From positions 152-64,151 of the forward strand of contig JAILLX010000088.1 of assembly GCA_024692925.1 (NCBI GenBank): DNA of 64,000 nt, given 5' to 3'. The stretch is from a bacterium (GTDB lineage Bacteria > Pseudomonadota > Alphaproteobacteria > Rs-D84 > CACZYB01). Made by a program: the position numbers and the translations under genes. The notes beneath the pieces were generated by a model that was not told the DNA's origin, made no database searches, and saw nothing but the letters and a program-made list of their open reading frames with translations. Each line of letters begins with the position of its first letter. Within the stretch, counting starts at the first letter, position 1. This document shows, piece by piece, positions 48,790 to 57,338 of this stretch.

Positions 48790-49060
48790 ACGTCTTATTC
48801 AAAAAGGCGGGGAGTTCGAAAAGTCATATAACCTGAAACGACTTCTTTGATCTTTAAGGGAAAACCCTCTGAACATACATCAAAGACTCCCCATTTATTT
48901 TATGGGGAAGATTATCGGGGCATAACAAAAGATATTATGCCACGCAGGTTATTTTGAGCTTTCGACAGCCCGTATCCTCTCGAATACTAGGAACAGAACC
49001 TCTCCATTCCATAGGACTAATAGTACCATAATTTTGCATTATTGTAAATAAGAATTTGAT
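48790..49060. ncRNA. candidate structured non-coding element (family unidentified) in the divergent intergenic region upstream of dut
   Basis: GC-richer than surroundings; nested helices ggggagt..tctttgat..(gggaaaaccc)..atcaaaga..actcccc; ggggcataa-N10-ttatgcc; no ORF of 60 aa or more. Confidence 0.25.
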
Positions 49061-49107
49061 TTTCAAAATCCCTATGCTAAACTTTGAAAAAAAGAAAAGG
49101 AGTTATT

Positions 49108-49572
49108 ATGCCAAAAGTAAATGCAAAAATTTTATATCTTTCAAATTATGATAAATCATGGGGACCTATGACCTATGCTCATCCAACCGATACCGGATTC
49201 GATATTCGTGCATGCAATACCGAAGACATTGTTGTAAACAAGGGCGAACGTGTTATTGTCCCAGCGGGATTTAAAATTATGCCACAGGATGGCTTTGCAC
49301 TTCAAATCCGTGCCAGAAGTGGTAATGCTTTCAAACTTGGGCTTTCTATGCCAAACGGACTTGGCACCATAGACAATGGCTACCTTGGGGAAATAGGTGT
49401 TTTAGTCGTAAACGTTGGAAATGAACCCTTTACCATCACCCGTGGTATGAAAATTGCCCAAGGCGTTGTCGAACCAGTTTACCAATTCGAATTCGAAGAA
49501 GTTTTTGACGAAAAAGATTTAGGTTCATCCATTAGGGGTACTAGCGGTTTTGGTTCAACCGGCACAAAATAA
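49108..49572 (+). CDS. dut: dUTP diphosphatase (start at MPKV after an AAGGAG RBS)
   Basis: GFDIRA, RSG, GTIDNGYLGEIGV and C-terminal RGTSGFGSTG motifs. Confidence 0.9.
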   Translation: MPKVNAKILYLSNYDKSWGPMTYAHPTDTGFDIRACNTEDIVVNKGERVIVPAGFKIMPQDGFALQIRARSGNAFKLGLSMPNGLGTIDNGYLGEIGVLVVNVGNEPFTITRGMKIAQGVVEPVYQFEFEEVFDEKDLGSSIRGTSGFGSTGTK

Positions 49573-49669
49573 AGACTTTATTTATAAATCTTCATAAATA
49601 AAATGTTGACAAAAATATTTTTATTTTATAAAATAACCTCATTATAAATTCTTTTTAAAAGAGGTTATT

Positions 49670-51067
49670 ATGGAACTTATAAGGCGTAATTCTTTTTTTG
49701 GTTCTCTTGTTATATCATACAAGGAACTTTTTCCAGAAGGAATTGATGAACGAATTGGTGTGTCAAAAGAACACATTACAAAAATTGGAAAAAGGGTATC
49801 TCATACAAAAGAAAATATTTATGGATGGGAAGAAAATATTATTTCTTCACAAATAGATTTTAATAAACCTATATTACTTTGCCTTGGTGGTTCAGGCATT
49901 GATGAAAATAAACTTGCAAACGGTATTGCTAAACTTTCCCAAGAACTTATTGGAAGAAAAAATATTAATGACAAAGAAGTACAAATCCTATCTGCTGTAT
50001 ATCCAAAAGATGTGCAAATGCTTGGCGAAGAACGCAAACAATTCAAACTTGGTCAAAAACGCAACAGAGTTGATTATATCTATGCAGTATATGATACAAT
50101 TTTTTTACCAATTTTATTTAGCAATTACCAAAAACAACATGCCCTATTTGAAATATCAAGAAATTTCCCAGGTGTCAGTTTAAACATAGAAGGTAAATCC
50201 GTATCTATACCACAGGCTATACAAGACCTAAAAATAGAAGGTTTCGATTCCATAAAGAAAAAACTCAGAAACATAACAATACTTTCACATTGTCATGGTT
50301 CATTTGTCGCATGCGAATTAATAAATTATTTGCGTGAGGATTTAGAAACACTTCAATTTTCTAATAACAAGATAAACGAGTTATTAGGTGAAATTACAAA
50401 TATTATGCTAAGCCCTCGTGATGGTGTCCAAAGAATAGAAGGACCTCTTAATATTGGGTTCACCCTTGCATCAGACAATCTTGAAGGTGGCATCACCGAA
50501 CAAATACGTAAGGGTAAAAATACATCCGTTTCTGATTTCACAGATAAACTTTTATCAAATAAAATAAAAGGAAGTGATACCTTTTATTTCAAATATGGCT
50601 CATTATACAATTTTTGGGATACTGATAAATTTGGTGCTGATTTCAGATTTGTAAAAGATTATGACGAAGACGGAATGTCTTACTCTCCTTCTGATATGAT
50701 TTACAGAGAAGTTTTTATGGGAAATCATTTTCATCTTTTTGAAAATTATTGCTCTATTACTGGAAAATATGACGAAGAAGGTATTGGTACTATCTCAAAA
50801 AATGAAATAGGAAGAAATTTCACAAAAATAATTGCAAAGACTTTACAAAATGCGATTTCTCTTTCTGCACTTGGTGCAAAACGTACATTAAAAGAAGTAA
50901 TTTCCAACGAAACTGAACTTGGCTTCCGTCAAGGTACAGATTCAGAAAATCCTCATTTCAAAAATGTAAAATTCGATGGAAATTTAGAAGATTTTGCACA
51001 CACCTATGAATTAAAAATTGCAAACAAAGTAAAAAATATTCCTATTGATACACAAAATCAAAGATAG
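49670..51067 (+). CDS. hypothetical protein (possible alpha/beta-hydrolase-like core, weak)
   Basis: 465 aa intact ORF; ILSHCHGSF resembles a nucleophile-elbow context; no firm assignment. Confidence 0.4.
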   Translation: MELIRRNSFFGSLVISYKELFPEGIDERIGVSKEHITKIGKRVSHTKENIYGWEENIISSQIDFNKPILLCLGGSGIDENKLANGIAKLSQELIGRKNINDKEVQILSAVYPKDVQMLGEERKQFKLGQKRNRVDYIYAVYDTIFLPILFSNYQKQHALFEISRNFPGVSLNIEGKSVSIPQAIQDLKIEGFDSIKKKLRNITILSHCHGSFVACELINYLREDLETLQFSNNKINELLGEITNIMLSPRDGVQRIEGPLNIGFTLASDNLEGGITEQIRKGKNTSVSDFTDKLLSNKIKGSDTFYFKYGSLYNFWDTDKFGADFRFVKDYDEDGMSYSPSDMIYREVFMGNHFHLFENYCSITGKYDEEGIGTISKNEIGRNFTKIIAKTLQNAISLSALGAKRTLKEVISNETELGFRQGTDSENPHFKNVKFDGNLEDFAHTYELKIANKVKNIPIDTQNQR

Positions 51068-51069
51068 AA

Positions 51070-51384
51070 CTAATCGTGATGGTGGTGACAGTGGCAATCA
51101 CAGTCATCATCTTCACAATGACATTCTTCGCATTCACAATCTTCGTGACAATCACAATCATCATCTTCGGCGAAAACTTCCTCTTCTGATGCTCCCGCCT
51201 CCATTAAGGCTTGCTTTTTCTTATCAATTTTTACATTAACCGAAGCATATTCATCCTCAAAACCATACTTTTTAGCAATAGCTTCATTTTCTATAAATTT
51301 AGAAATTTCATCTTCGGAAAGACCCATTTCCCTTGCTTTTTTAATAATTTCTTCTGTTGTCATTTTATAACCTTTCGTTTGCAA
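51070..51384 (-). CDS. small protein with Cys/His/Asp-rich metal-binding-like C-terminal tail
   Basis: ~100 aa; C-terminus DDDCDCHEDCECEECHCEDDDCDCHCHHHHD. Confidence 0.5.
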   Translation of the reverse strand: MQTKGYKMTTEEIIKKAREMGLSEDEISKFIENEAIAKKYGFEDEYASVNVKIDKKKQALMEAGASEEEVFAEDDDCDCHEDCECEECHCEDDDCDCHCHHHHD

Positions 51385-51474
51385 ATATTTTACCGAAAAT
51401 TAAATATAAATCAATAAGAAAAAAGTTCTTGCAATTTAAAAAATATATTATATAATTATCCTATCTTTTGGGTT

Positions 51475-51551
51475 GGGTGACTAGCTCAGTTGGCTAGAGC
51501 ATCTCGTTTACACCGAGGAGGTCTGGGGTTCGAGTCCCTAGTCACCCACCA
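51475..51551 (+). tRNA. tRNA-Val (TAC)
   Basis: Acceptor GGGUGAC/GUCACCC, D-loop AGUUGGCUAG, anticodon loop uuUACac, T-loop UUCGAGU, encoded CCA. Confidence 0.88.
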
Positions 51552-51675
51552 TTCTTCACAATCATCATTATTTAATAAAAAATCAAACGGTTTAGCTATT
51601 GAAAATAAGTATTGAATTAACAAAATCCTTGCAAAAAAAAATATGTTAGGGTATCTTTACCTTTGTTTTATGGCT

Positions 51676-51751
51676 GTCCCTATCGTCTAGAGGCCTAGGA
51701 CACAAGATTCTCATTCTTGCAACATGGGTTCGACTCCCATTAGGGATACCA
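51676..51751 (+). tRNA. tRNA-Glu (CTC anticodon)
   Basis: GUCCCUAUCGUCUAGAGGCCUAGGACA... closely matches bacterial tRNA-Glu; anticodon loop uuCUCau; encoded CCA. Confidence 0.82.
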
Positions 51752-51845
51752 AATTTTAATGTCGCTTGCCAATATCGGAAACAACCTTGCTTACTTCTAA
51801 ACTCCTCACTAACACCGTTCGTCGTTAAGGTTGCGCAAGAACGTT

Positions 51846-51896
51846 TTCGACTCCCATTAGGGATACCAAATCTTAATATCGCTTGCCAATATCGGA
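51846..51896 (+). pseudogene. partial tandem duplicate of tRNA-Glu 3' end plus ~28 nt of its downstream flank
   Basis: 49/51 nt identical to 51729..51779 (ttcgactcccattagggatacca + aaat(t/c)ttaat(g/a)tcgcttgccaatatcgga); no intact 5' half. Confidence 0.55.
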
Positions 51897-51985
51897 TTAC
51901 TTTACACACCATTTCCAAGGCAAATTGAAATTTGTAAAAAATACCCCTTTAAAACAAAGGGGTAATATTTTATTTAATACTAAAC

Positions 51986-52591
51986 CTATTTTATATCTTC
52001 ACGATTTGTAATAACTTTATCAATCAAGCCAAAGTTCAAAGCCTCTTCTGCACTCATAAAATTATCACGTTCAACCGCTCTTTCAACTTCTTCAATAGGT
52101 CTATTACAATGTTCACTGTAAAGTTTATTCATACGCTTGCGAATATTAAGTATCTCCCTTGCATGAATTTCTATATCCGTAGCCTGTCCCTGAAAACCAC
52201 CCAAAGGTTGATGTATCATAATCCTTGAGTTTGGAAGAGAAAATCTTTTTCCCTTTGCACCACCGGCAAGAAGGAATGAACCCATCGAACATGCCTGACC
52301 AATACAAAGAGTTGCAACATCAGGTTTAATATATTGCATAGTATCATAAATTGCCATACCCGAAGTAATCACACCACCAGGAGAATTGATATACATATAA
52401 ATATCCTTATCCGGATTTTCAGATTCCAAAAATAAAAGCTCAGCCACAATCAAACTTGCCGATGCATCATTTACTTCACCATTTAAAAAGACGATTCTTT
52501 CCTTCAATAGCCTTGAAAATATATCATAACTTCTCTCCCCACGGCCAGTTTGTTCCACAACCATAGGAACCAAATCCATTTTTTCGTTCAT
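51986..52591 (-). CDS. clpP: ATP-dependent Clp protease proteolytic subunit
   Basis: 201 aa; catalytic Ser context [11 protein letters not shown], His IMIHQPLGG. Confidence 0.95.
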   Translation of the reverse strand: MNEKMDLVPMVVEQTGRGERSYDIFSRLLKERIVFLNGEVNDASASLIVAELLFLESENPDKDIYMYINSPGGVITSGMAIYDTMQYIKPDVATLCIGQACSMGSFLLAGGAKGKRFSLPNSRIMIHQPLGGFQGQATDIEIHAREILNIRKRMNKLYSEHCNRPIEEVERAVERDNFMSAEEALNFGLIDKVITNREDIK

Positions 52592-52739
52592 AATTTACTC
52601 CTTTGTTTATTTTATAAGTGTATTATACATTTTTTTCTTGCAATTTCAAAGAAAAATATGTAAAATGTACATACATTCTTGAAATCGAAAAGAGTGGGAG
52701 CCGAAAAGCCCCGCTTTTTTTAATAACTAAAGGAATAAA

Positions 52740-53255
52740 ATGTTAATAAACGAAAAAATTGAAAGTATTTTAGAATCCACCGCAAGGGAATATGGCCTTA
52801 ATATTGTACAGGTTTCATATTTAAGACAGACTTTACAAATTTTGGTTGAAAAAATTGATTTGTCCCCTGTCGGTGTTGATGAAATTGAAAAGGCAAGCAA
52901 GGCTTTCTCTGCTATCCTTGATGTTGAGGATTTAATAAAGGATAAATATATGCTTGAGGTAAGTTCTGCGGGAATGGATCGTCCACTTGTAAAACTTGCT
53001 GATTACACTCGTTTCTGTGGTCGTGATGTAAAGCTCGAACTTAAAATGCCCCGTAATTCCGAGGATAACCGCAAGCGACTAAAAGGAAAAATTACAAAAG
53101 TTGAAGGTTCAAAAATATTTTTGGAAACAACTTTGGATGAAAAATTACAAACTGTTGATTTCGAGTTTGATAATGTTTTGAAATGCAAACTTTTAATCTC
53201 AGATGATTTTATTAAACAACTTTTAAAAGAAGATAAAAACGAAAGGAAAAAATAA
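52740..53255 (+). CDS. rimP: ribosome maturation factor RimP
   Basis: 171 aa; LEVSSAGMDRPL motif; directly upstream of nusA. Confidence 0.85.
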   Translation: MLINEKIESILESTAREYGLNIVQVSYLRQTLQILVEKIDLSPVGVDEIEKASKAFSAILDVEDLIKDKYMLEVSSAGMDRPLVKLADYTRFCGRDVKLELKMPRNSEDNRKRLKGKITKVEGSKIFLETTLDEKLQTVDFEFDNVLKCKLLISDDFIKQLLKEDKNERKK

Positions 53256-53257
53256 AA

Positions 53258-54799
53258 ATGTATAAATCTTTATCTTTGCCAAGACCTGAACTTGTTGCTA
53301 TTGCAAACAGTGTTAGTTTAGAAAAAAATATTGATGCAGAAATTGTTTTCAAATCATTAGAAGCAGCCGTTGAAAAAGTTGCAAAAAACAAATATGGTTA
53401 TGACTACAATATCATCGCTCATATCGATAGAAAAGATGGTAAAATCACTATTATCAAAAGACTTACTGTTGTTGGTGATAAAATTGTTGATGAAAATGGT
53501 GAAGAAATTCCATTCGATTCTAACACTATGATTTCAGTTAAGGATGCAAAGAAAAAAGATGCAAGTTTAGAAGAAGGTTCTTTTGTTGATGAAGAATTGC
53601 TTCCTGTTGATTTTGGTCGTTCAAATTTTCAGGCTGTTCGTCAAATAGTTCTTCAAAAAATTAAATCCGCAGAAAAGGAAAAAGAATTTGCTGAATTTTC
53701 TGATAAAGGTTTAACTGTAATCAATGGTATCGTAAAACGTAATGAATACGGTGTTGTTTATGTTGATATCAATGGAAAAGCCGAAGGTATTATCAAAAGA
53801 AACGAAGGTATTCCTCGTGAAAATCTTCATGTTGGTGACAGAATTCGTGCATTGATTCTTGAAGTAAAAAGGGATAACAATGGCCCACAAATTTTCTTAA
53901 CACGTTCACATCCAATGTTCTTGGCTAAACTTTTTGAAGCTGAAATTCCAGAAGTTTACGAAGGTGTTATCGAAGTAAAATCTGTTGCACGTGATCCTGG
54001 TTCAAGGGCAAAAGTTGCTGTTCTTGCAAAAGAAGCATCTCTTGATCCTGTTGGTGCATGTGTTGGTATGAAAGGAAGCCGTATTCAAAACATCGTAAAC
54101 GAACTTGCTGGTGAAAAAATTGATGTTATTGAATGGACCGAAAACGTTGCAAACTTGGCTGTTGAAGCATTGGCTCCTGCAAAAGTTGTAAAAGTTATCG
54201 TTGACGAAGAAGCAAAGAAAATCGAAGCTGTTGTTGAAGATGATCAACTTTCACTTGCAATTGGTCGTCACGGTCAAAACGTACGTTTGGCATCACAACT
54301 CCTTGGTTGGGGTATTGATGTTCTAAGTGAAGAACAATCTTCTGAAAAACATCAAAAAGAAGTTAAGGAAAAAACAGATAAATTTATTTCTGCCCTCGAC
54401 ATCGATGATGTTATCGCACACCTTTTGGTTGTAGAAGGTTTCACAAGCATCGAAGAAATTGCATTTGTTTCAATTGATGAACTTAAAGCAATTGAAGGAT
54501 TCGATGAAGATTTGGCAAACGAACTTCAATCCCGTGCAAAGGCATTTGTTGAAAAACAAAAGAAAGAATTTGAAACTGAATCAAAGAAAATTGGTATCGA
54601 CAATACCCTTGTTTCATTCGATGGTTTAAGCCAAGAAATGATTTTAAAACTTGGTCAAAATGGTGTTAAAACATTGGATGACTTGGCTGACCTTGCTTCT
54701 GATGAACTTGTTGAAATTCTTGGCAAAGATTCAATGAATGAAAAAGAAGCTGAACAAATCATTATGAAAGCAAGAGAACATTGGTTCGAAAATAAATAA
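53258..54799 (+). CDS. nusA: transcription termination/antitermination factor NusA
   Basis: 513 aa; S1 and tandem KH domains (..GMKGSRIQNIV..), C-terminal acidic repeats. Confidence 0.95.
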   Translation: MYKSLSLPRPELVAIANSVSLEKNIDAEIVFKSLEAAVEKVAKNKYGYDYNIIAHIDRKDGKITIIKRLTVVGDKIVDENGEEIPFDSNTMISVKDAKKKDASLEEGSFVDEELLPVDFGRSNFQAVRQIVLQKIKSAEKEKEFAEFSDKGLTVINGIVKRNEYGVVYVDINGKAEGIIKRNEGIPRENLHVGDRIRALILEVKRDNNGPQIFLTRSHPMFLAKLFEAEIPEVYEGVIEVKSVARDPGSRAKVAVLAKEASLDPVGACVGMKGSRIQNIVNELAGEKIDVIEWTENVANLAVEALAPAKVVKVIVDEEAKKIEAVVEDDQLSLAIGRHGQNVRLASQLLGWGIDVLSEEQSSEKHQKEVKEKTDKFISALDIDDVIAHLLVVEGFTSIEEIAFVSIDELKAIEGFDEDLANELQSRAKAFVEKQKKEFETESKKIGIDNTLVSFDGLSQEMILKLGQNGVKTLDDLADLASDELVEILGKDSMNEKEAEQIIMKAREHWFENK

Positions 54800-54820
54800 T
54801 AAAAGTAAAAGAGGTATTTT

Positions 54821-57307
54821 ATGGCTGAAAAATTAACATTAAAACTTGGAACTAAACTAAGTTCTTCCGCATCACGTGGTGGTATCGAAGTTGAAGTTAT
54901 TAAGAAAAGACGTGTATTTTCAAATGCTGGAAATACCTCTGAAACTTCAACGGCTCCTACTATCTCCAAACAGGAACAAGAACAGGCGGATAAACTTAAA
55001 TCCATTCTTGAAAATGCCCGAAAGATAGAAGAACAATCAAAAGCCGAAGCTGAAAAAGAAGCCGAAGTTGAACGTGAACGTCAGGCATTAATTGAAAAAG
55101 AAAGAAAGGAACAAGAAGAACTTCAAAAACAAGCACAGGAGGTATTGGAAGAAACAAAACCTACTCCTGCCCCTGTTGAATCTTCTCCTGCTCCAATAGA
55201 AGAAAAATCTGAACCTCAAGAAAAGGTAAAATATAAAAAGAACAAAGACGCATACGAAGATGATGACGAAGAAGAAGATTCATCAAATGGAAAGAAAAAA
55301 ACATCTGATAAAAATAAATCTTCAAAAAAATTCTCTGATAGAAAGATGAATTTTTCAAATGTTGTTGTTTCAAGTAGCGATCTTGATTTCGATGATGACG
55401 ATGATGAGCAAGAAGAACGCTCTGCATCTTTGACATCAGCAATGGAATTTGTTGGCACACACCAACACCGTCGTTCATTTGCTTCTATAAAAAGACAAAA
55501 GGAAAAAAATTACCGTAAATTTATGGAACATCAGGAACCAAAGGAAGTTCAAAAAACTTATCACGAAGTTATTCTTCCTGAAACAATTACAGTTAAGGAT
55601 TTGGCTATCCGTATGGCTGAAAAAAGTAGTGATGTTATAAAAACTATGATGAAACTTGGTATTATGGCAACAATTAACCAAGTTATTGATGCCGATACTG
55701 CTGAACTTATCGTTATGGAATTTGGTCATACTGTGAAACGTGTTTCCGATGCTGATACAATTACATCTATTTTGAAAAACGATACCGAAGATGCGGTATG
55801 GCAACCTCGCCCACCTGTTGTGACAGTAATGGGACACGTTGACCATGGTAAAACTTCACTTCTTGACGCATTCAGACAAACTGATGTCGTAAGTGGTGAA
55901 GCTGGCGGTATCACACAACACATTGGTGCATACCAAATCACAAACAAAACTGGTCGTAAGATTACATTCATTGATACACCAGGGCACGAAGCATTCTCTG
56001 CAATGCGTGCACGTGGTGTGAATGTGACTGATATTGTTATTTTGGTTGTTGCTGCAAACGATGGTATTATGCCACAAACTGTTGAGGCTATTAACCATGC
56101 AAAGGCAGCAAAGGTTCCAATGATTGTTGCAATTAACAAAATCGATTTACCAGAAGCAAACCCAGAAAAGGTTCGTATGGAACTTTTACAACACGGTTTG
56201 GTTGTTGAAAAACTTGGTGGGGATGTCCTTGATGTTGAAATCTCGGCAAAGAAAAAACTCAACCTTGATAAACTCGAAGAACTTCTTCTTCTCCAGGCTG
56301 ATGTTTTGGAATTAAAGGGAAATACTGCGGGTCACGCAACTGGTGCTGTTATCGAAGCAAAAATGGAACAAGGTCGTGGTTCAACCGCAACCGTTTTGGT
56401 TCAAAAGGGTATCCTTAAAAAAGGTGATATTTTCGTATCTGGTTCATCCGTTGGTCGTGTTCGTGAACTTCTTGATGAATTCGGCAAAAAGGTACAAAAG
56501 GCCGAACCATCACAACCTGTTGTTGTCCTTGGGTTCGAAGGAACACCTGTTGCAGGTGATGACTTTGTCGTTGTTGAATCTGATGCAAAGGCTCGTGAAG
56601 TTGCAGAATACAGAAAACGCAAAGAAAAAGAACGCCAAATGGTTGCTAAAAAATCCAACTGGCAGGAACTTTTCCAAAATATTAAAGAAGGTAAAGCTGA
56701 AACTCTTCCTGTTATTATTAAGGCAGATACCCAAGGTTCAGCCGAAGCTATTGCCGATTCGCTTTTGAAAATCAAATCTGAAAAGGTAAAGGTCCAAGTT
56801 ATGCACTCTGGCGTTGGTGCGATAAATGAATCCGATATAACATTGGCAAAAACTACTGGTGCAGTTGTTCTTGGTTTCAATGTTCGTGCAAATACTAATG
56901 CAAAGGATCAGGCAAAACACGATGATGTCGATATTCGCTACTATTCAGTTATTTATAATATGATTGATGATGTAAAAGTATTGATGTCCGGACTTCTTGC
57001 TCCTGTTATCAAGGAAAACTTTATTGGTTACGCCGATGTTCTTCAGGTATTCAACGCTGGTAAGGCAAAGGCTGCCGGCTGTAAGGTAACCGAAGGTATC
57101 GTTAAAAAAGGTTGTGGCGTTCGTATGCTTCGTGATAATGTTGTTATCTTCGAAGGAAAACTTGCTCAACTTAAACGTATGAAAGAAGATGTGAAAGAAG
57201 TTCGTTCCGGTATGGAATGTGGTATTTCATTTGAAAACTTTAATGATATACTTCCTGGTGACAGGCTTGAATGTTTCGAAACCGAAGAAGTCAAAGCAAC
57301 ACTTTAA
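54821..57307 (+). CDS. infB: translation initiation factor IF-2
   Basis: 828 aa; G-domain VVTVMGHVDHGKTSLLD, DTPGHEAF, NKID; nusA-infB linkage. Confidence 0.95.
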   Translation: MAEKLTLKLGTKLSSSASRGGIEVEVIKKRRVFSNAGNTSETSTAPTISKQEQEQADKLKSILENARKIEEQSKAEAEKEAEVERERQALIEKERKEQEELQKQAQEVLEETKPTPAPVESSPAPIEEKSEPQEKVKYKKNKDAYEDDDEEEDSSNGKKKTSDKNKSSKKFSDRKMNFSNVVVSSSDLDFDDDDDEQEERSASLTSAMEFVGTHQHRRSFASIKRQKEKNYRKFMEHQEPKEVQKTYHEVILPETITVKDLAIRMAEKSSDVIKTMMKLGIMATINQVIDADTAELIVMEFGHTVKRVSDADTITSILKNDTEDAVWQPRPPVVTVMGHVDHGKTSLLDAFRQTDVVSGEAGGITQHIGAYQITNKTGRKITFIDTPGHEAFSAMRARGVNVTDIVILVVAANDGIMPQTVEAINHAKAAKVPMIVAINKIDLPEANPEKVRMELLQHGLVVEKLGGDVLDVEISAKKKLNLDKLEELLLLQADVLELKGNTAGHATGAVIEAKMEQGRGSTATVLVQKGILKKGDIFVSGSSVGRVRELLDEFGKKVQKAEPSQPVVVLGFEGTPVAGDDFVVVESDAKAREVAEYRKRKEKERQMVAKKSNWQELFQNIKEGKAETLPVIIKADTQGSAEAIADSLLKIKSEKVKVQVMHSGVGAINESDITLAKTTGAVVLGFNVRANTNAKDQAKHDDVDIRYYSVIYNMIDDVKVLMSGLLAPVIKENFIGYADVLQVFNAGKAKAAGCKVTEGIVKKGCGVRMLRDNVVIFEGKLAQLKRMKEDVKEVRSGMECGISFENFNDILPGDRLECFETEEVKATL

Positions 57308-57310
57308 AAA

Positions 57311-57337
57311 AACCTCCCATCTGGGAGGTTTTATTTT
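57311..57337. terminator. bidirectional terminator between convergent infB and parE
   Basis: cctccca tc tgggagg hairpin flanked by A-run/T-run. Confidence 0.6.
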
Positions 57338-57338
57338 A

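Noticed and set aside
48790-49060. tmRNA (ssrA), RNase P RNA or SRP RNA identity for the GC-rich intergenic element
   Set aside because: No tRNA-like T-arm (GGTTCGANTCC) on either strand, no tag-peptide reading frame ending in ..AA-stop, no GGAAAGTCCGG (RNase P P4) and no GGAAGGAAGCAGC (SRP domain IV). It is left as an unassigned candidate.
51646-51918. 90-aa minus-strand ORF
   Set aside because: It overlaps tRNA-Glu and the duplicated tRNA fragment. tRNA genes commonly create spurious open frames.
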